Of a DNA stretch of 64,000 bases, positions 32,954-44,293 are shown one piece after another (the stretch's first letter is position 1; each line of letters begins with the position of its first letter). The stretch is from an uncultured beta proteobacterium (lineage in GTDB: Bacteria; Pseudomonadota; Gammaproteobacteria; Burkholderiales; SG8-39). The DNA lies in assembly GCA_963743805.1 (NCBI GenBank), contig CAVUQY010000005.1, positions 1,075,505-1,139,504 on the forward strand, given 5' to 3'. The position numbers and the translations under genes are program-made. The notes under the pieces were generated by a model. That model had not been told where the DNA came from. It was given only the letters and a program-made list of their open reading frames with translations, and made no database searches.

Positions 32954-33040
32954 CACGACACGAGGGGGCAGAGCCGCTGCGCAGCGCCCCCTCCTACTCC
33001 CCGAAATCGGGGAAAGCGATGCCTCCGGCATCGGTTTCGT
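32954..33040 (-). repeat. 87-bp structured intergenic repeat, copy 2 (between SDR and FAH)
   Basis: Matches copies 1 and 3; begins 1 nt after the SDR TAG stop. Confidence 0.9.
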
Positions 33041-33041
33041 C

Positions 33042-33797
33042 CTAGATCGTCATTCCGCCATCCACCGAAAAAGCGACGCCGGTCGCGAACGACGACTCGT
33101 CCGAGGCGAGGTAGACGAGCAGCGGCGTGATGTCGTCGACGGTCGCGAGCCGGCCCATCGGCTGGCGCGCGACGAAATCCTTGCGCGCCTGCACCGGGTC
33201 CGCGAAGGCGTTGATGCGCCCCTGCAGGCTCGGCGTGTCGACCGTGCCGGGACAGACCGCGTTGCAGCGGATGCCTTGCCGCACGTAATCGGCGGCGACC
33301 GCCTTCGTGAAACCGAGGACCGCGGCCTTCGTGGTGCCGTAGGCGAGGCGGTTCGGCAGCCCGCGCAGGCTCGAGGCAACGGAAGCCATGTTGATGATCG
33401 AGCCCTTCTGCTGATGGAGCATCCCGGGCAGAAACGCCCGCGTCACGCGGTACATCGACTTGATGTTGAGATCGAAGCTGCGGTCCCAGTCCTGCTCGCT
33501 GCATTCCATGATCGTGCCGTGATGCACGATTCCGGCGCAGTTGAACACCACATTGACGTCGCCCGCCTCCTTCGCGACGCGTTCCACGGCCCCGGAGTCG
33601 GTGACATCGAGCACGCGCGTGGTCACGCCGCCGGTCGTTGTCCCGAGCATGCCCTCGAGCGATCGCAGCGCTTCGGTGTTGACGTCGGTTGCCCAGACCT
33701 GCGCGCCTTCGGCGGCGAACGCGATCGCCGCCGCGCGTCCCATGCCCTGCCCGGCCGCCGTGATGAAGGCGCGTTTGCCCTTCAGCCGGTCGCCCAC
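33042..33797 (-). CDS. SDR oxidoreductase, BDH2/2-keto-3-deoxy-L-fuconate dehydrogenase-like
   Basis: TAAGQGMG, FNCAG, YGTTK and CPGTVDTPS; minus-strand TGCTATAAT at 33850-33842. Confidence 0.88.
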   Translation of the reverse strand: MGDRLKGKRAFITAAGQGMGRAAAIAFAAEGAQVWATDVNTEALRSLEGMLGTTTGGVTTRVLDVTDSGAVERVAKEAGDVNVVFNCAGIVHHGTIMECSEQDWDRSFDLNIKSMYRVTRAFLPGMLHQQKGSIINMASVASSLRGLPNRLAYGTTKAAVLGFTKAVAADYVRQGIRCNAVCPGTVDTPSLQGRINAFADPVQARKDFVARQPMGRLATVDDITPLLVYLASDESSFATGVAFSVDGGMTI

Positions 33798-34067
33798 TTG
33801 TCGTGTCCTCCTTGCAGGTATTGTTGTCGCGGGAACTGGTGATTATAGCAGCGCGATCCGCGGAATCGACCCCTTTTCACTGTCCGGAACGCCGGAAAAC
33901 CCTGCCAGACCAGCCGCTTGCGCCTGTTTTCAGTGGACCGGACGGCACCCCGGACGAGTTTGACACCCCCTGGCGATCCGCGTACCGTCCTCGGCCGGAG
34001 TCCTCCGGCAAGGGACTCGCTCAAGAAGCCGGCGCAGGCCGGCACCGTGTCGACACAAGGAGGAGAA

Positions 34068-35453
34068 ATGCTGCGATTCTTTGGCCGCGTGGCGGGCATC
34101 GCCGCCACCGCGCTCCTGGCTCTCGCGTCATCCGGAGCCCTTGCGCAGGAGCGCGTCACCGTGTGGTTCACCCGCGCCTTCTATCCCGCCGAGGACCAGG
34201 CGCTGCAGGACGTGATCAAGAAGTACGAGGCGAAAAGCGGCGTCAAGGTCGACCTGTCGCTTTACTCGCCGGAAGACATCGTCACGAAATCGGTGGCCGC
34301 GGTCGAAGCGGGCAACCCGCCGGACGTCGGCTTCGGCCTCACCTACGACTTCCGGGTCACCGGCAAGTGGGCGTTCGAGGGCAAGCTCGAGAACCTCGAC
34401 GACGTCATCAAGCCGCTCGCGTCGCAGTTCCTGCCCGGCCCGCTCTCGACCACGTGGCTGCTGAACGGCAAGACCAAGCAGCGGGCGTACTACGCCGCGC
34501 CGGTCGAGATGCAGCTCATGCACATCAACTACTGGATCGACATGCTGCAGGACGCGGGCTTCAAGGAGTCCGACATCCCGAACAACTGGAAGGGCTTCTG
34601 GGATTTCTGGTGCGACAAGGTGCAGCCCGCGTTGCGCGCCAAGGGCCAGCGGACCTTCGGCATCGGGCATCCGGCGAGCGTGCAGGCCTCCGACACGTTC
34701 TTCAGCTTCCACCAGTTCATGAACGCGTACGACGTTCAGGTCGTGGACGCCGACGGCAAGCTCACGCTCGACCAGCCGAAGAACAAGGCCGGGCTCACCC
34801 GGGCGCTCGCCGACTACGCCGCGATCGTGAAGAAAGGTTGCTCGCCGGCCTCGTCGGTCAACTGGACCGACGTCGACAACAACCTCAACTTCGCCAACAA
34901 GACCACGGTGATGACGCACAACGCGACCATCTCCATCCCGGCCGCGCAGCTCGACACCATGAACCGCGCGACCTCCACGCCGGAGCAGAAGGAGACGGCG
35001 CGCGTCAACTACTACCAGAAGATCCGCACCCGCGCCTTCCCGCCCAAGCCCGACGGCACCAACGTGCCGCAGCTCGCCGCGGTGAAGACGGCGGTGGTGT
35101 TCGCCGACGCGAAGAACAAGCGGCGGGGCAAGGAATTCCTGGCGTTCTTCCTCGAGGAGGACAACCTGCAGCCTTACGTCGAGGGCTCGCTCGGCCGCTG
35201 GGTGCCGGTGACCAAGCGCGCTTCGGTCGCGCCGTTCTGGACCGACGGCAAGGACCCGCACCGCAAAGGGGTACAGGAACAGGTGTCGCAGGGCATCGTC
35301 TTCTTCCCGTTCGTCTACAACTGGAAGTTCACGATCGTCAATGCCGAGAACGTCTGGGGCCGCGCCACCGCGCGCATCGCCAAGGACGGCGTCCCGGCGG
35401 AGAAGGCGGCCGACGAACTGATCGCCCGCGTCAAGCAGATCCTGGCACAGTAG
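34068..35453 (+). CDS. Carbohydrate (CUT1) ABC transporter substrate-binding protein
   Basis: AGGAGGAG RBS, signal peptide, AGNPPD motif; precedes two permeases. Confidence 0.85.
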   Translation: MLRFFGRVAGIAATALLALASSGALAQERVTVWFTRAFYPAEDQALQDVIKKYEAKSGVKVDLSLYSPEDIVTKSVAAVEAGNPPDVGFGLTYDFRVTGKWAFEGKLENLDDVIKPLASQFLPGPLSTTWLLNGKTKQRAYYAAPVEMQLMHINYWIDMLQDAGFKESDIPNNWKGFWDFWCDKVQPALRAKGQRTFGIGHPASVQASDTFFSFHQFMNAYDVQVVDADGKLTLDQPKNKAGLTRALADYAAIVKKGCSPASSVNWTDVDNNLNFANKTTVMTHNATISIPAAQLDTMNRATSTPEQKETARVNYYQKIRTRAFPPKPDGTNVPQLAAVKTAVVFADAKNKRRGKEFLAFFLEEDNLQPYVEGSLGRWVPVTKRASVAPFWTDGKDPHRKGVQEQVSQGIVFFPFVYNWKFTIVNAENVWGRATARIAKDGVPAEKAADELIARVKQILAQ

Positions 35454-35509
35454 CTGGACGGGGGCGGCGTGCGCCGCCCCCGGTGAATCCGCGCGCTTAG
35501 CGCACGTTC

Positions 35510-36391
35510 ATGTCCGCAGTCGTTCTTCCAGCGCCGGCGCAGGCACCGCTCAAGAAGGGGATCTCCGAGGAGACCTTCTGGGGGGTCGTCCTGCTGATCC
35601 CTTACTTCGTCGTCTTTGCGCTGTTCGTCGTCTTCCCGGTCCTGTACGGGATCTGGCTCGGCTCCAGCCCGAGCGCCTACACGAAGCTCTTCCAAGACCC
35701 GGTCTTCGTCTCGACGATCGTCAACACGATCGTCTTCCTGCTGGTCGCGGTCAACGTGAAGATGCTGATCGCGCTCGGGCTCTCGGCGTTCTTCCTGCAG
35801 GAAAGAGCCTGGATCCGGTGGCTGTCGGTGGTGTTCCTGATCGCCTGGGCGATGCCGTCGATTCCGACCATCCTGTCCTTCCGCTGGATGCTGAACCCGG
35901 AGTGGGGGATGTTGAACGCGTTGCTCTTCAAGTGGTTCCAGATCGAGGGGCCGGGCTGGCTCACCGAGCGGCACTACGGCCTTACCTGGGCGATCGTCGT
36001 GCACATCTGGAAGTCGCTGCCGTTCTGGACGCTGATTCTGCTCGCCGGGCGGATGGGCATTCCGAAGGACCTCTACGAGTCGGCGGCGGTCGACGGCGCC
36101 ACCCGCTGGCAGACTTTCCGCTACGTGAGCTGGCCCAGCTTGCGCGGCCTGTATCTGACGTGCGTGCTCCTCTCGACCATCTGGAGCCTCGGCGATTTCA
36201 ACTCCGTCTACCTCCTGACCGGCGGCGGCCCGATCGACTCCACGCACGTGCTCGCCACGCTCGGGATCCGGTATCTCCGCATGGACCAGGTCGACGTCGC
36301 GCTCGCATCGATCATCGTCGCGATGCCCGCGATCCTGCCGATCGTCTGGTACATGATGAAGCGGCTGTCCGCCGATCACACTGCGGATTGA
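35510..36391 (+). CDS. Carbohydrate ABC transporter permease
   Basis: EAA loop LYESAAVDGA; LLTGGGP. Confidence 0.92.
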   Translation: MSAVVLPAPAQAPLKKGISEETFWGVVLLIPYFVVFALFVVFPVLYGIWLGSSPSAYTKLFQDPVFVSTIVNTIVFLLVAVNVKMLIALGLSAFFLQERAWIRWLSVVFLIAWAMPSIPTILSFRWMLNPEWGMLNALLFKWFQIEGPGWLTERHYGLTWAIVVHIWKSLPFWTLILLAGRMGIPKDLYESAAVDGATRWQTFRYVSWPSLRGLYLTCVLLSTIWSLGDFNSVYLLTGGGPIDSTHVLATLGIRYLRMDQVDVALASIIVAMPAILPIVWYMMKRLSADHTAD

Positions 36392-36395
36392 GCGG

Positions 36396-37229
36396 ATGAA
36401 GTTCGCGCGCGACTGGCCGCTCTATCTCGTCGGGATCGTCGTGTTCCTGTGGACGATCATCCCGATCTATCACCTGCTGATCATCGCGATCACGCCCCAG
36501 CAGGAGGCGGTCGCGAGCGGACTCTTCCCGAAGAACCCGACGCTGCAGAACTTCGAGCTGGTGCTCGGCGCGAAGCACAACATGGTGCAGCACTTCTGGT
36601 CGCAGCTCGGCACCAGCGTGTTCATTGCGGTGATGGTCGCCATCATCACGCTGGCGATCGGCGCCTGCGCCAACTTCGCGATCACGCGCATCCGGATCCG
36701 GGGCGGCCGGACGATCACCAACATCGCGCTGCTCACGTATCTCATCCCGGCCGCGTTCCTCGCCATCCCGATGTACAAGATCATGGGCGAGTACCGGCTC
36801 CTCGACAGCCCCTGGTCGCTCATCTTCGCGATGGTCGCGCTCGCCTCGCCCTACGCCATCTGGGTGATGAACCAGGCGTCGACCAAGATCCCGCGCGAGC
36901 TGGACGAGGCGGCGAAGATCGACGGCGCGTCCACGATGCAGATCTTCCGGTTCGTCTACCTGCCGCTGATGGTGCCGACCATGGTCGCGATCGGTACCTA
37001 CGCGCTGCTGCTCGCCTGGAACGAGTACCTGTACGCGTTCCTGATGCTCGCCACCGAGAGCCGGCTCACGCTGTCGGTCGCGCTCGGCAACTTCCTCGCG
37101 TTCGACGACGCGCCGTGGGCGCTGCTGATGGCGACCGGCGTGATCTACGCGCTGCCGCCCACCGCGATCTACTACGCGTTCCGCCGGTACATGGTGTCCG
37201 GGCTGACGGCAGGCGCCGTGAAGAGCTGA
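36396..37229 (+). CDS. Carbohydrate ABC transporter permease
   Basis: IPRELDEAAKIDGA and AWNEY motifs. Confidence 0.92.
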   Translation: MKFARDWPLYLVGIVVFLWTIIPIYHLLIIAITPQQEAVASGLFPKNPTLQNFELVLGAKHNMVQHFWSQLGTSVFIAVMVAIITLAIGACANFAITRIRIRGGRTITNIALLTYLIPAAFLAIPMYKIMGEYRLLDSPWSLIFAMVALASPYAIWVMNQASTKIPRELDEAAKIDGASTMQIFRFVYLPLMVPTMVAIGTYALLLAWNEYLYAFLMLATESRLTLSVALGNFLAFDDAPWALLMATGVIYALPPTAIYYAFRRYMVSGLTAGAVKS

Positions 37230-37241
37230 GCGGAAGCGCCG

Positions 37242-37889
37242 ATGGACGAGCTGACCGCGCGCCTCGCGAACTGCTACACCGGCGCGATCCACGACGTGCT
37301 GCGGGCGATGGGGCACGAGCGCGTCGTGCTTCCCTCCGCGATCCGCCCCCTCGACCCGGCGCACAAGCTCGCCGGACCGGTCTGGACCGCCTCCGGCCAC
37401 ATCGACCGGACCCAGAGCGCGCACGACACGCTGCTCGGCTGGACCGGGCTCCTCTCGAAGGCGCCGCCCGGACGGGTGATCGTCTGTCAGCCCCAGAACC
37501 ACGAGGTCGCGCTGATGGGCGAGCTCTCGGCCGAGACGCTCAAGAACAAGGGCGTGCTCGGCTACGTCGTGGACGGCGGCTGTCGCGACACCGAGTTCAT
37601 CCTGAAGATCGGGTTCCCGGTGTTCTTCAGCTTCTACACGCCGAGCGACATCGTCGGCCGCTGGATTCCGGACCGCTTCGGCGCGCCGATCACGATCGGC
37701 GACGTGACGATCTGCGACGGGGACTACCTGCTCGGCGACCGCGACGGCGTGGTCGTGATCCCGCGCGCGGTGGCCGCAGAGGCGGTGACGAAGACCGAGG
37801 CGGTGATGCAGACCGAGAACAAGGTGCGCACCGCGATCCTCGGCGGCATGGACCCGGTCGAAGCGTATCTGAAGTATGGCAAGTTCTGA
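37242..37889 (+). CDS. RraA/HMG-CHA aldolase family protein
   Basis: ALMGEL, VVDGGCRD and GDYLLGDRDGVVVIP motifs. Confidence 0.85.
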   Translation: MDELTARLANCYTGAIHDVLRAMGHERVVLPSAIRPLDPAHKLAGPVWTASGHIDRTQSAHDTLLGWTGLLSKAPPGRVIVCQPQNHEVALMGELSAETLKNKGVLGYVVDGGCRDTEFILKIGFPVFFSFYTPSDIVGRWIPDRFGAPITIGDVTICDGDYLLGDRDGVVVIPRAVAAEAVTKTEAVMQTENKVRTAILGGMDPVEAYLKYGKF

Positions 37890-38196
37890 TCGCCGGCTGG
37901 TGCTGCTGGCACCCGACGACAACTGCCTCGTCGTCGCCCAGGCGCTGCGCGCAGGCGACCGCGTCAGCATCGACGACGAGTCGGTCGCCGTCGCGAAGGC
38001 GATCGGCGTCGGCCACAAGCTCGCGCGGCGTGCGATCGCGCGCGGCGAGAAGGTCCTCAAGTACGGTGCGATCATCGGCACGGCGAGTGCGCCGATCGCG
38101 CGCGGCGAGCACATTCACACGCACAACCTGCAGTCCGACTACCTGCCGACCTACACGCTCGAAGCAGGGCGGGCCTTCGTGGGAAAGCACGCATGA
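37876..38196 (+). CDS. UxaA/GarD family dehydratase, small SAF-domain subunit
   Basis: DNCLVV, GHKLA..I..GEKVLKYG..IG.A..I..GEHIHTHNL. Confidence 0.88.
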   Translation: MASSDRRLVLLAPDDNCLVVAQALRAGDRVSIDDESVAVAKAIGVGHKLARRAIARGEKVLKYGAIIGTASAPIARGEHIHTHNLQSDYLPTYTLEAGRAFVGKHA

Positions 38197-39428
38197 GCGC
38201 GAGCGAGCTGCTTGGCTACCTGCGCCCCGACGGTCGCAAAGGCATCCGCAACGTCGTCGCGGTCGCCTACCTCGTCGAGTGCGCGCATCACGTCGCGCGC
38301 GAGATCGTCGGGCGATTCCGCGCGCCCGCCGGGAATGCGCCGCAGAGCGGCTCGGCCGTGCACCTGATCGGCTTTCCCGGGTGTTACCCGAATGAATACG
38401 CCGACCGCATGATGCGGCGCCTGTGCACGCACCCGAACGTCGGGGCCGTGCTGCTCGTCTCGCTCGGCTGCGAGAGCTTCAATCGGCGCGCGCTGGAAGC
38501 GCACATCCGCGCCTCCGGCCGTCCGGCGGCGACGCTCGTCATCCAGGAGTCCGGGGGGACGCGCCGGACGATCGCGCGCGGCGCAGAATGGGTCGAGGAG
38601 TGGCTCGCCGAGCTCGACGCGCAGGTCGCCGTGCCGATGGCCCTGTCCGAGCTGGTCGTCGGCACCGTCTGCGGCGGCTCCGACGGCACCAGCGGCATCA
38701 CCGCCAATCCCGCGATGGGGCGCGCGTTCGATTTCCTGATCGAGCGCGGCGCCGCGTGCATCTTCGAGGAGACCGGCGAGCTGGTCGGGTGCGAGCACCA
38801 CATGGCGCGCCGCGCGGCGACGCCGGCGCTCGGCGAGGAGATCATCCGCTGCGTCGCGAAAGCCGCGCGCTACTACGCGACGCTCGGGCACGGCAGCTTC
38901 GCGGTCGGCAACGCCGATGGCGGCCTCACCACGCAGGAGGAGAAGTCGCTCGGCGCGTATGCGAAGAGCGGCGCCGCGCGGATCGCGGGACTGCTCAAGC
39001 CCGGCGACCTGCCGCCGGCGGGCGGGCTCTACCTGCTCGATGTCGTGCCCGACGGCGAGGTGCGATTCGGCTTCCCGAACATCAACGACAACGCCGAGAT
39101 CGCCGAGCTCGCCGCGTGCGGCGCCCACCTCGTGCTCTTCTCGACCGGCCGCGGGTCGGTCGTCGGTTCCGCCATCGCCCCGGTGATCAAGGTCTGCGCG
39201 AACCCGGAGACCTACCGCAAGCTCGAGGACGACATGGACGTCGACGCCGGCCGCATCCTCGAGGGGCGCGCGACGCTCGACGAGGTCGGGCGCGAGGTCT
39301 ACGAGCTCGCCCTGCGCGTCGGGCGCGGCGCGCCGACGAAGTCGGAGTCGCTCGGGCACCAGGAGTTCATTCTCACGTACAAGGCGTTCGAACCGGCGGG
39401 ACCGGCCTGTCTGCCGGTTGCGGGCTGA
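38193..39428 (+). CDS. UxaA/GarD family dehydratase, large subunit
   Basis: [37 protein letters not shown] and FSTGRG motifs. Confidence 0.9.
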   Translation: MSASELLGYLRPDGRKGIRNVVAVAYLVECAHHVAREIVGRFRAPAGNAPQSGSAVHLIGFPGCYPNEYADRMMRRLCTHPNVGAVLLVSLGCESFNRRALEAHIRASGRPAATLVIQESGGTRRTIARGAEWVEEWLAELDAQVAVPMALSELVVGTVCGGSDGTSGITANPAMGRAFDFLIERGAACIFEETGELVGCEHHMARRAATPALGEEIIRCVAKAARYYATLGHGSFAVGNADGGLTTQEEKSLGAYAKSGAARIAGLLKPGDLPPAGGLYLLDVVPDGEVRFGFPNINDNAEIAELAACGAHLVLFSTGRGSVVGSAIAPVIKVCANPETYRKLEDDMDVDAGRILEGRATLDEVGREVYELALRVGRGAPTKSESLGHQEFILTYKAFEPAGPACLPVAG

Positions 39429-39463
39429 TCCCGGACAAGTCGAAACAGGAAAGAGGCAAGCGC

Positions 39464-40528
<1,065 letters not shown>

Positions 40529-40546
40529 GCGCCGGCGGCGCACGCG

Positions 40547-41455
40547 GTGCAGGGCACGGGCACCGGCCGCAGGCGGTTCGCGCACGCGCTCCTGTTCGTC
40601 GCGCCGGCGCTCTGGTCGGCGAACCTGCTGGTCGCGCGCTGGTCGGCGGAGTGGTTCCCGCCGCATGCGCTCGCGTTCTGGCGCTGGCTCATCGCGCTTG
40701 CCCCGATGCTCGTGCTGTACGGCGGCATCCTGTGGCGCGAGCGGGCGCAAGTGCGGCGGGAATGGGTCGATCTCCTCGTCCTCGGCGCGCTCGGCATGTG
40801 GATCTGCGGCGCCTTCGTCTACATCGGCGGACGGACCACGACCGCAACGAACATCGGGCTCATCTACGCCGGCGTGCCGGTGCTGATCATGCTGATGGCG
40901 GCGGTGGTGTTCCGCGAGCGGCTGAGCGGCGCGCAGCTCCTCGGCGCGGCGATCGCGCTCGCGGGGGTCCTGACGATCGTGCTCAAGGGCGACCCCGCGA
41001 CGCTGGTGCGGCTCGACTTCGTCGTCGGCGACCTCTGGGTCGCCACGGCGGCCTTCTGCTGGGCGGTCTACTCGATCTGGCTGCGGCGGCGTCCGTCGAC
41101 GCTCGACCCGCTGACGCGGCTCGCCGCGATCACGTTCGCCGGGGTACTGATCCTCGCGCCGCTGACGGTCATCGAGAGCTTCACCGTCGGGGTGCCCGCG
41201 CTCGATGCGCGCAGCGTGGCGGCGGCACTGATCGTGGGCCTGCTGCCGGGCTTCGGCGCCTATCAGGCCTGGTCGTGGCTCATCCGCGAGATCGGCCCGA
41301 GCCGCACCAGCCTGATCCTCTACCTCACGCCGGTGTACACGGCGTTCCTCGCGTGGCTGCTCCTGGGCGAGACCCCGCACTGGTACCACGCGGTGGGCGC
41401 CGCGCTCGCGTTCTCGGGCCTCTACCTCGCCAACCGCGCGGCGCGGCGCGCCTGA
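40547..41455 (+). CDS. DMT/EamA family transporter
   Basis: About 10 TM helices in two EamA repeats; VVFRER and LLGE motifs. Confidence 0.85.
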   Translation: MQGTGTGRRRFAHALLFVAPALWSANLLVARWSAEWFPPHALAFWRWLIALAPMLVLYGGILWRERAQVRREWVDLLVLGALGMWICGAFVYIGGRTTTATNIGLIYAGVPVLIMLMAAVVFRERLSGAQLLGAAIALAGVLTIVLKGDPATLVRLDFVVGDLWVATAAFCWAVYSIWLRRRPSTLDPLTRLAAITFAGVLILAPLTVIESFTVGVPALDARSVAAALIVGLLPGFGAYQAWSWLIREIGPSRTSLILYLTPVYTAFLAWLLLGETPHWYHAVGAALAFSGLYLANRAARRA

Positions 41456-41499
41456 AGCGTAGTGCGTGCTGCAGTGCGTCTTGCAGCCGTGCCTCGTTT

Positions 41500-41511
41500 A
41501 ACGTATACGTT
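41500..41511. promoter_or_regulatory. Perfect palindrome AACGTATACGTT, candidate GntR operator
   Basis: AT-rich dyad 35 nt upstream of the lactonase-gntR operon (regulator assignment inferred). Confidence 0.45.
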
Positions 41512-41545
41512 GCCGCGTACGTCAAAGCATCCAGCGCTCCGGACC

Positions 41546-42523
41546 ATGCCCGCCGCCCCGCTCCGCGTGTCGCTCGACGAACTCCGCTTCGTCGGCGCCG
41601 GCCTGAACCGGCCCGAGTGCGTCCTCGCCACCGCGCGCGGGGACCTCTACGCGGCCGACTGGCGCGGCGGCGTCGCGCAGGTCCGGCCGGACGGGTCGCA
41701 CGCGCTGTACGCCTCGCAACTTCCCGGCGGGCGACCACTGCGGCCGAACGGCATCGCGCTCCGCCGCGACGGCTCGTTCCTGCTCGCAGACCTGGGCGAA
41801 ACGCTGGGCGGGGTTTTCACGCTCACGCGGTCGGGCGAAGTGCGGCCGTTCCTCGAAGAGGTGGACGGCGTGGCGCTGCCGCCGACCAATTACGTCGGCA
41901 TCGACGTCGCGGAGCGCGTGTGGATCACGGTCAGCACGACGAAGGCCCCGCGCATCCTCGACTTCCGCCCCGACTGCGCGTCGGGCTTCATCGTGCTCGC
42001 CGACGATCGCGGCGCGCGCATCGTCGCGGACGGGCTCGGCTACACGAACGAAGCCGTGGTGAGCCCCGACGGGAACTGGCTCTACGTGAACGAGACGTTC
42101 GGGCGCCGGCTGTCGCGGTTCCCCATCCACACCGGCGGTTCGCTCGGACCGAAGGAGGTCGTGACGACGTTCGGCAAGGGCACGTTCCCCGACGGCCTCA
42201 CGTTCGACGCGGAGGGGCACGTCTGGATCACCAGCATCGTTTCGAACCGCGTCATCCGCGTCGCACCCGACGGTGCGCAGCAGGTCGTGCTCGAGGAGAT
42301 CGACGCGCGGCACATCGACTGGTGCGAGGAGGCGTACCTCGCGTGCGCAATGAACCGGGCGCACGTGGACAACGCGGCGACCCGCGTGCTGAGGAACATC
42401 TCGAGCCTCGCCTTCGGCGGTCCCGACCTGCGCACGGCGTACCTCGGCTGCCTGCTCGGCGACTCGATCGCGTACTTCCGTTCGCCGGTCGCGGGACACC
42501 CGCCCGCGCACTGGGACTGGTGA
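41546..42523 (+). CDS. SMP-30/gluconolactonase family beta-propeller lactonase
   Basis: RPECV, PNGI, YTNE and FPDGLTFDAEG motifs. Confidence 0.85.
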   Translation: MPAAPLRVSLDELRFVGAGLNRPECVLATARGDLYAADWRGGVAQVRPDGSHALYASQLPGGRPLRPNGIALRRDGSFLLADLGETLGGVFTLTRSGEVRPFLEEVDGVALPPTNYVGIDVAERVWITVSTTKAPRILDFRPDCASGFIVLADDRGARIVADGLGYTNEAVVSPDGNWLYVNETFGRRLSRFPIHTGGSLGPKEVVTTFGKGTFPDGLTFDAEGHVWITSIVSNRVIRVAPDGAQQVVLEEIDARHIDWCEEAYLACAMNRAHVDNAATRVLRNISSLAFGGPDLRTAYLGCLLGDSIAYFRSPVAGHPPAHWDW

Positions 42524-43239
42524 TGCCCGTCGCGCGCGCCGCGCCGATCGCACCGCGCCGCACGCGCCGCCGCGTGACGCCGCGCAGCTCGCTCGTCGAC
42601 GCGGCTTACGACGCGTTGCGCCGGCGCATCCTCGACAACACGTATCCCCCCGGTCACCAGGCGCTCGAGCAGGCGCTGGCGGAGGACCTCGGCATCAGCC
42701 GCACGCCGCTGCGCGAGGCGCTGATCCGCCTGCAGAAGGAGGGGCTCGTCGAGGTGATCCCGCGGCACGGGATGCGCGTGCTGCCGGTGTCGCCGGCCGA
42801 CATGAAGGAGATCTACGAGATCCTCTCCGCGCTGGAGTCGATGGCGGCGGAGCTCGCGGCAAAGCGCAGGCCATCGGACGCCGAGCTCGCGCCGCTCGAG
42901 CGGGCGTCGCGCGACATGGCGAAGGCGCTCAAGGCCGACGACCTCGAGGCCTGGGCCGAGGCGGACGAGCGCTTCCATCGCCACCTCATCGAGCTCTCCG
43001 GCAACCGGCTGCTCGTCGAGGCGGTGCTGAACTTCTGGGACCGCGCGCACCGGGTGCGCCGTTTCACGCTGCGTCTGCGGTCGAAGCCCGTCCACTCGAC
43101 CAAGGAGCACATGGCGCTGGTCGAGCGCATCCGCGCCGGCGACGCGGCGGGCGCGAACGAGGTGAACCGCGCGCACCGCGAGCGGGCGAGCGTGGAGCTG
43201 CTCGGGATTCTCGAGCGGTATCGGTTCCGGCAACTTTGA
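42523..43239 (+). CDS. GntR (FCD) family transcriptional regulator
   Basis: AYDALRRRIL..PG..LEQALAEDLGISRTPLREAL HTH; DERFH. Confidence 0.92.
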   Translation: MPVARAAPIAPRRTRRRVTPRSSLVDAAYDALRRRILDNTYPPGHQALEQALAEDLGISRTPLREALIRLQKEGLVEVIPRHGMRVLPVSPADMKEIYEILSALESMAAELAAKRRPSDAELAPLERASRDMAKALKADDLEAWAEADERFHRHLIELSGNRLLVEAVLNFWDRAHRVRRFTLRLRSKPVHSTKEHMALVERIRAGDAAGANEVNRAHRERASVELLGILERYRFRQL

Positions 43240-43274
43240 ACGAGTCAACGCAAGGATACGGAGGAGCGCAACCC

Positions 43275-44255
43275 ATGGGAATGAAACAAGGACTGCTGGC
43301 CGTCTTCGCCATCGCGATCGCTGCGGCCGCCGCGCCGGCGTGGAGCCAGCCGCAGTATCCGGCGAAGCCCGTGCGCGTGATCGTGCCCTTTCCGCCGGGA
43401 CAGGCCGCGGACATCTTCGCGCGCATGCTGGCCGACCGGCTCTCGCAGACCTGGGGCCAGCAGGTCGTGGTGGAGAACCGCGGCGGCGGCGGCGGCGTGC
43501 CGGGCGTCATGGCCGGGAAGGAAGCGGCCCCGGACGGCTACACGTGGCTGGTGGGCACGAGCGGCACGCTCGGCGTCAACCCGTCCGTATACGCGAAGAT
43601 CCCCTACGACCCGCTGAAGGACTTCGCGCCCGCGTCGAACATCTTCATCGTGCCGCTGGTCGTCGTCGCGCACCCGAGCTTCGCGCCCAACACCGTGCAG
43701 GAGCTCGTCGCCGCCGCGAAGAAGGCGCCCGGCACGATCAACTTTGCCTCCGCGGGGCCCGGCACCGCGCAGCACATGACCGGCGAGCTGTTCAAGTCGC
43801 GCGCCGGCATCGACCTCGTGCACGTGCCCTACAAGGGCAGCGGCCCGGGCATGACCGACCTCCTCGGCGGGCAGGTGCCGCTGATGGTGGACAGCCTCGC
43901 CTCGGCGCTGCCGCACATCAAGAGCGGCAAGATCAAGGTCATCGCGGTCACCACCGCGCAGCGCGCGCCGCAGCTCCCGAACGTGCCGACCATCGCCGAG
44001 TCGGGCTATCCGGGCTTCGAGGGCGCGGGCTGGTCGGGCATCGTGCTGCCCGCCGGCACGCCGCGCGAGCTCGTCGAGCGCATCAGCGCCGACATCCAGA
44101 AGGCGCTCGGCGAGGCGCAGCTGCGCGACCGCATCATCGACCGCGGCGGCATCCCCGACCCGCGCACGCCGCAGGGATATGCCGACTTCATCCGCGCCGA
44201 GATCGAGAAGTGGGCGCAGGTCGCCAGGACCGCCAACGTCCGCCTCGATCAGTAG
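43275..44255 (+). CDS. TTT substrate-binding protein (Bug/TctC)
   Basis: YPAKPVRVIVPFPPG, VENRGGGGG and HVPYKGSG motifs. Confidence 0.92.
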   Translation: MGMKQGLLAVFAIAIAAAAAPAWSQPQYPAKPVRVIVPFPPGQAADIFARMLADRLSQTWGQQVVVENRGGGGGVPGVMAGKEAAPDGYTWLVGTSGTLGVNPSVYAKIPYDPLKDFAPASNIFIVPLVVVAHPSFAPNTVQELVAAAKKAPGTINFASAGPGTAQHMTGELFKSRAGIDLVHVPYKGSGPGMTDLLGGQVPLMVDSLASALPHIKSGKIKVIAVTTAQRAPQLPNVPTIAESGYPGFEGAGWSGIVLPAGTPRELVERISADIQKALGEAQLRDRIIDRGGIPDPRTPQGYADFIRAEIEKWAQVARTANVRLDQ

Positions 44256-44293
44256 CCGGATTCAAACCCTCTTCCCTTTACATCGCGATCCCC

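Noticed and set aside
32954-33040. The 87-bp repeat as a tRNA, CRISPR repeat or intrinsic terminator
   Set aside because: No D/T-loop consensus or CCA end; copies are ~15 kb apart with no spacers or cas genes; no U-tract, and it lies inside operons.
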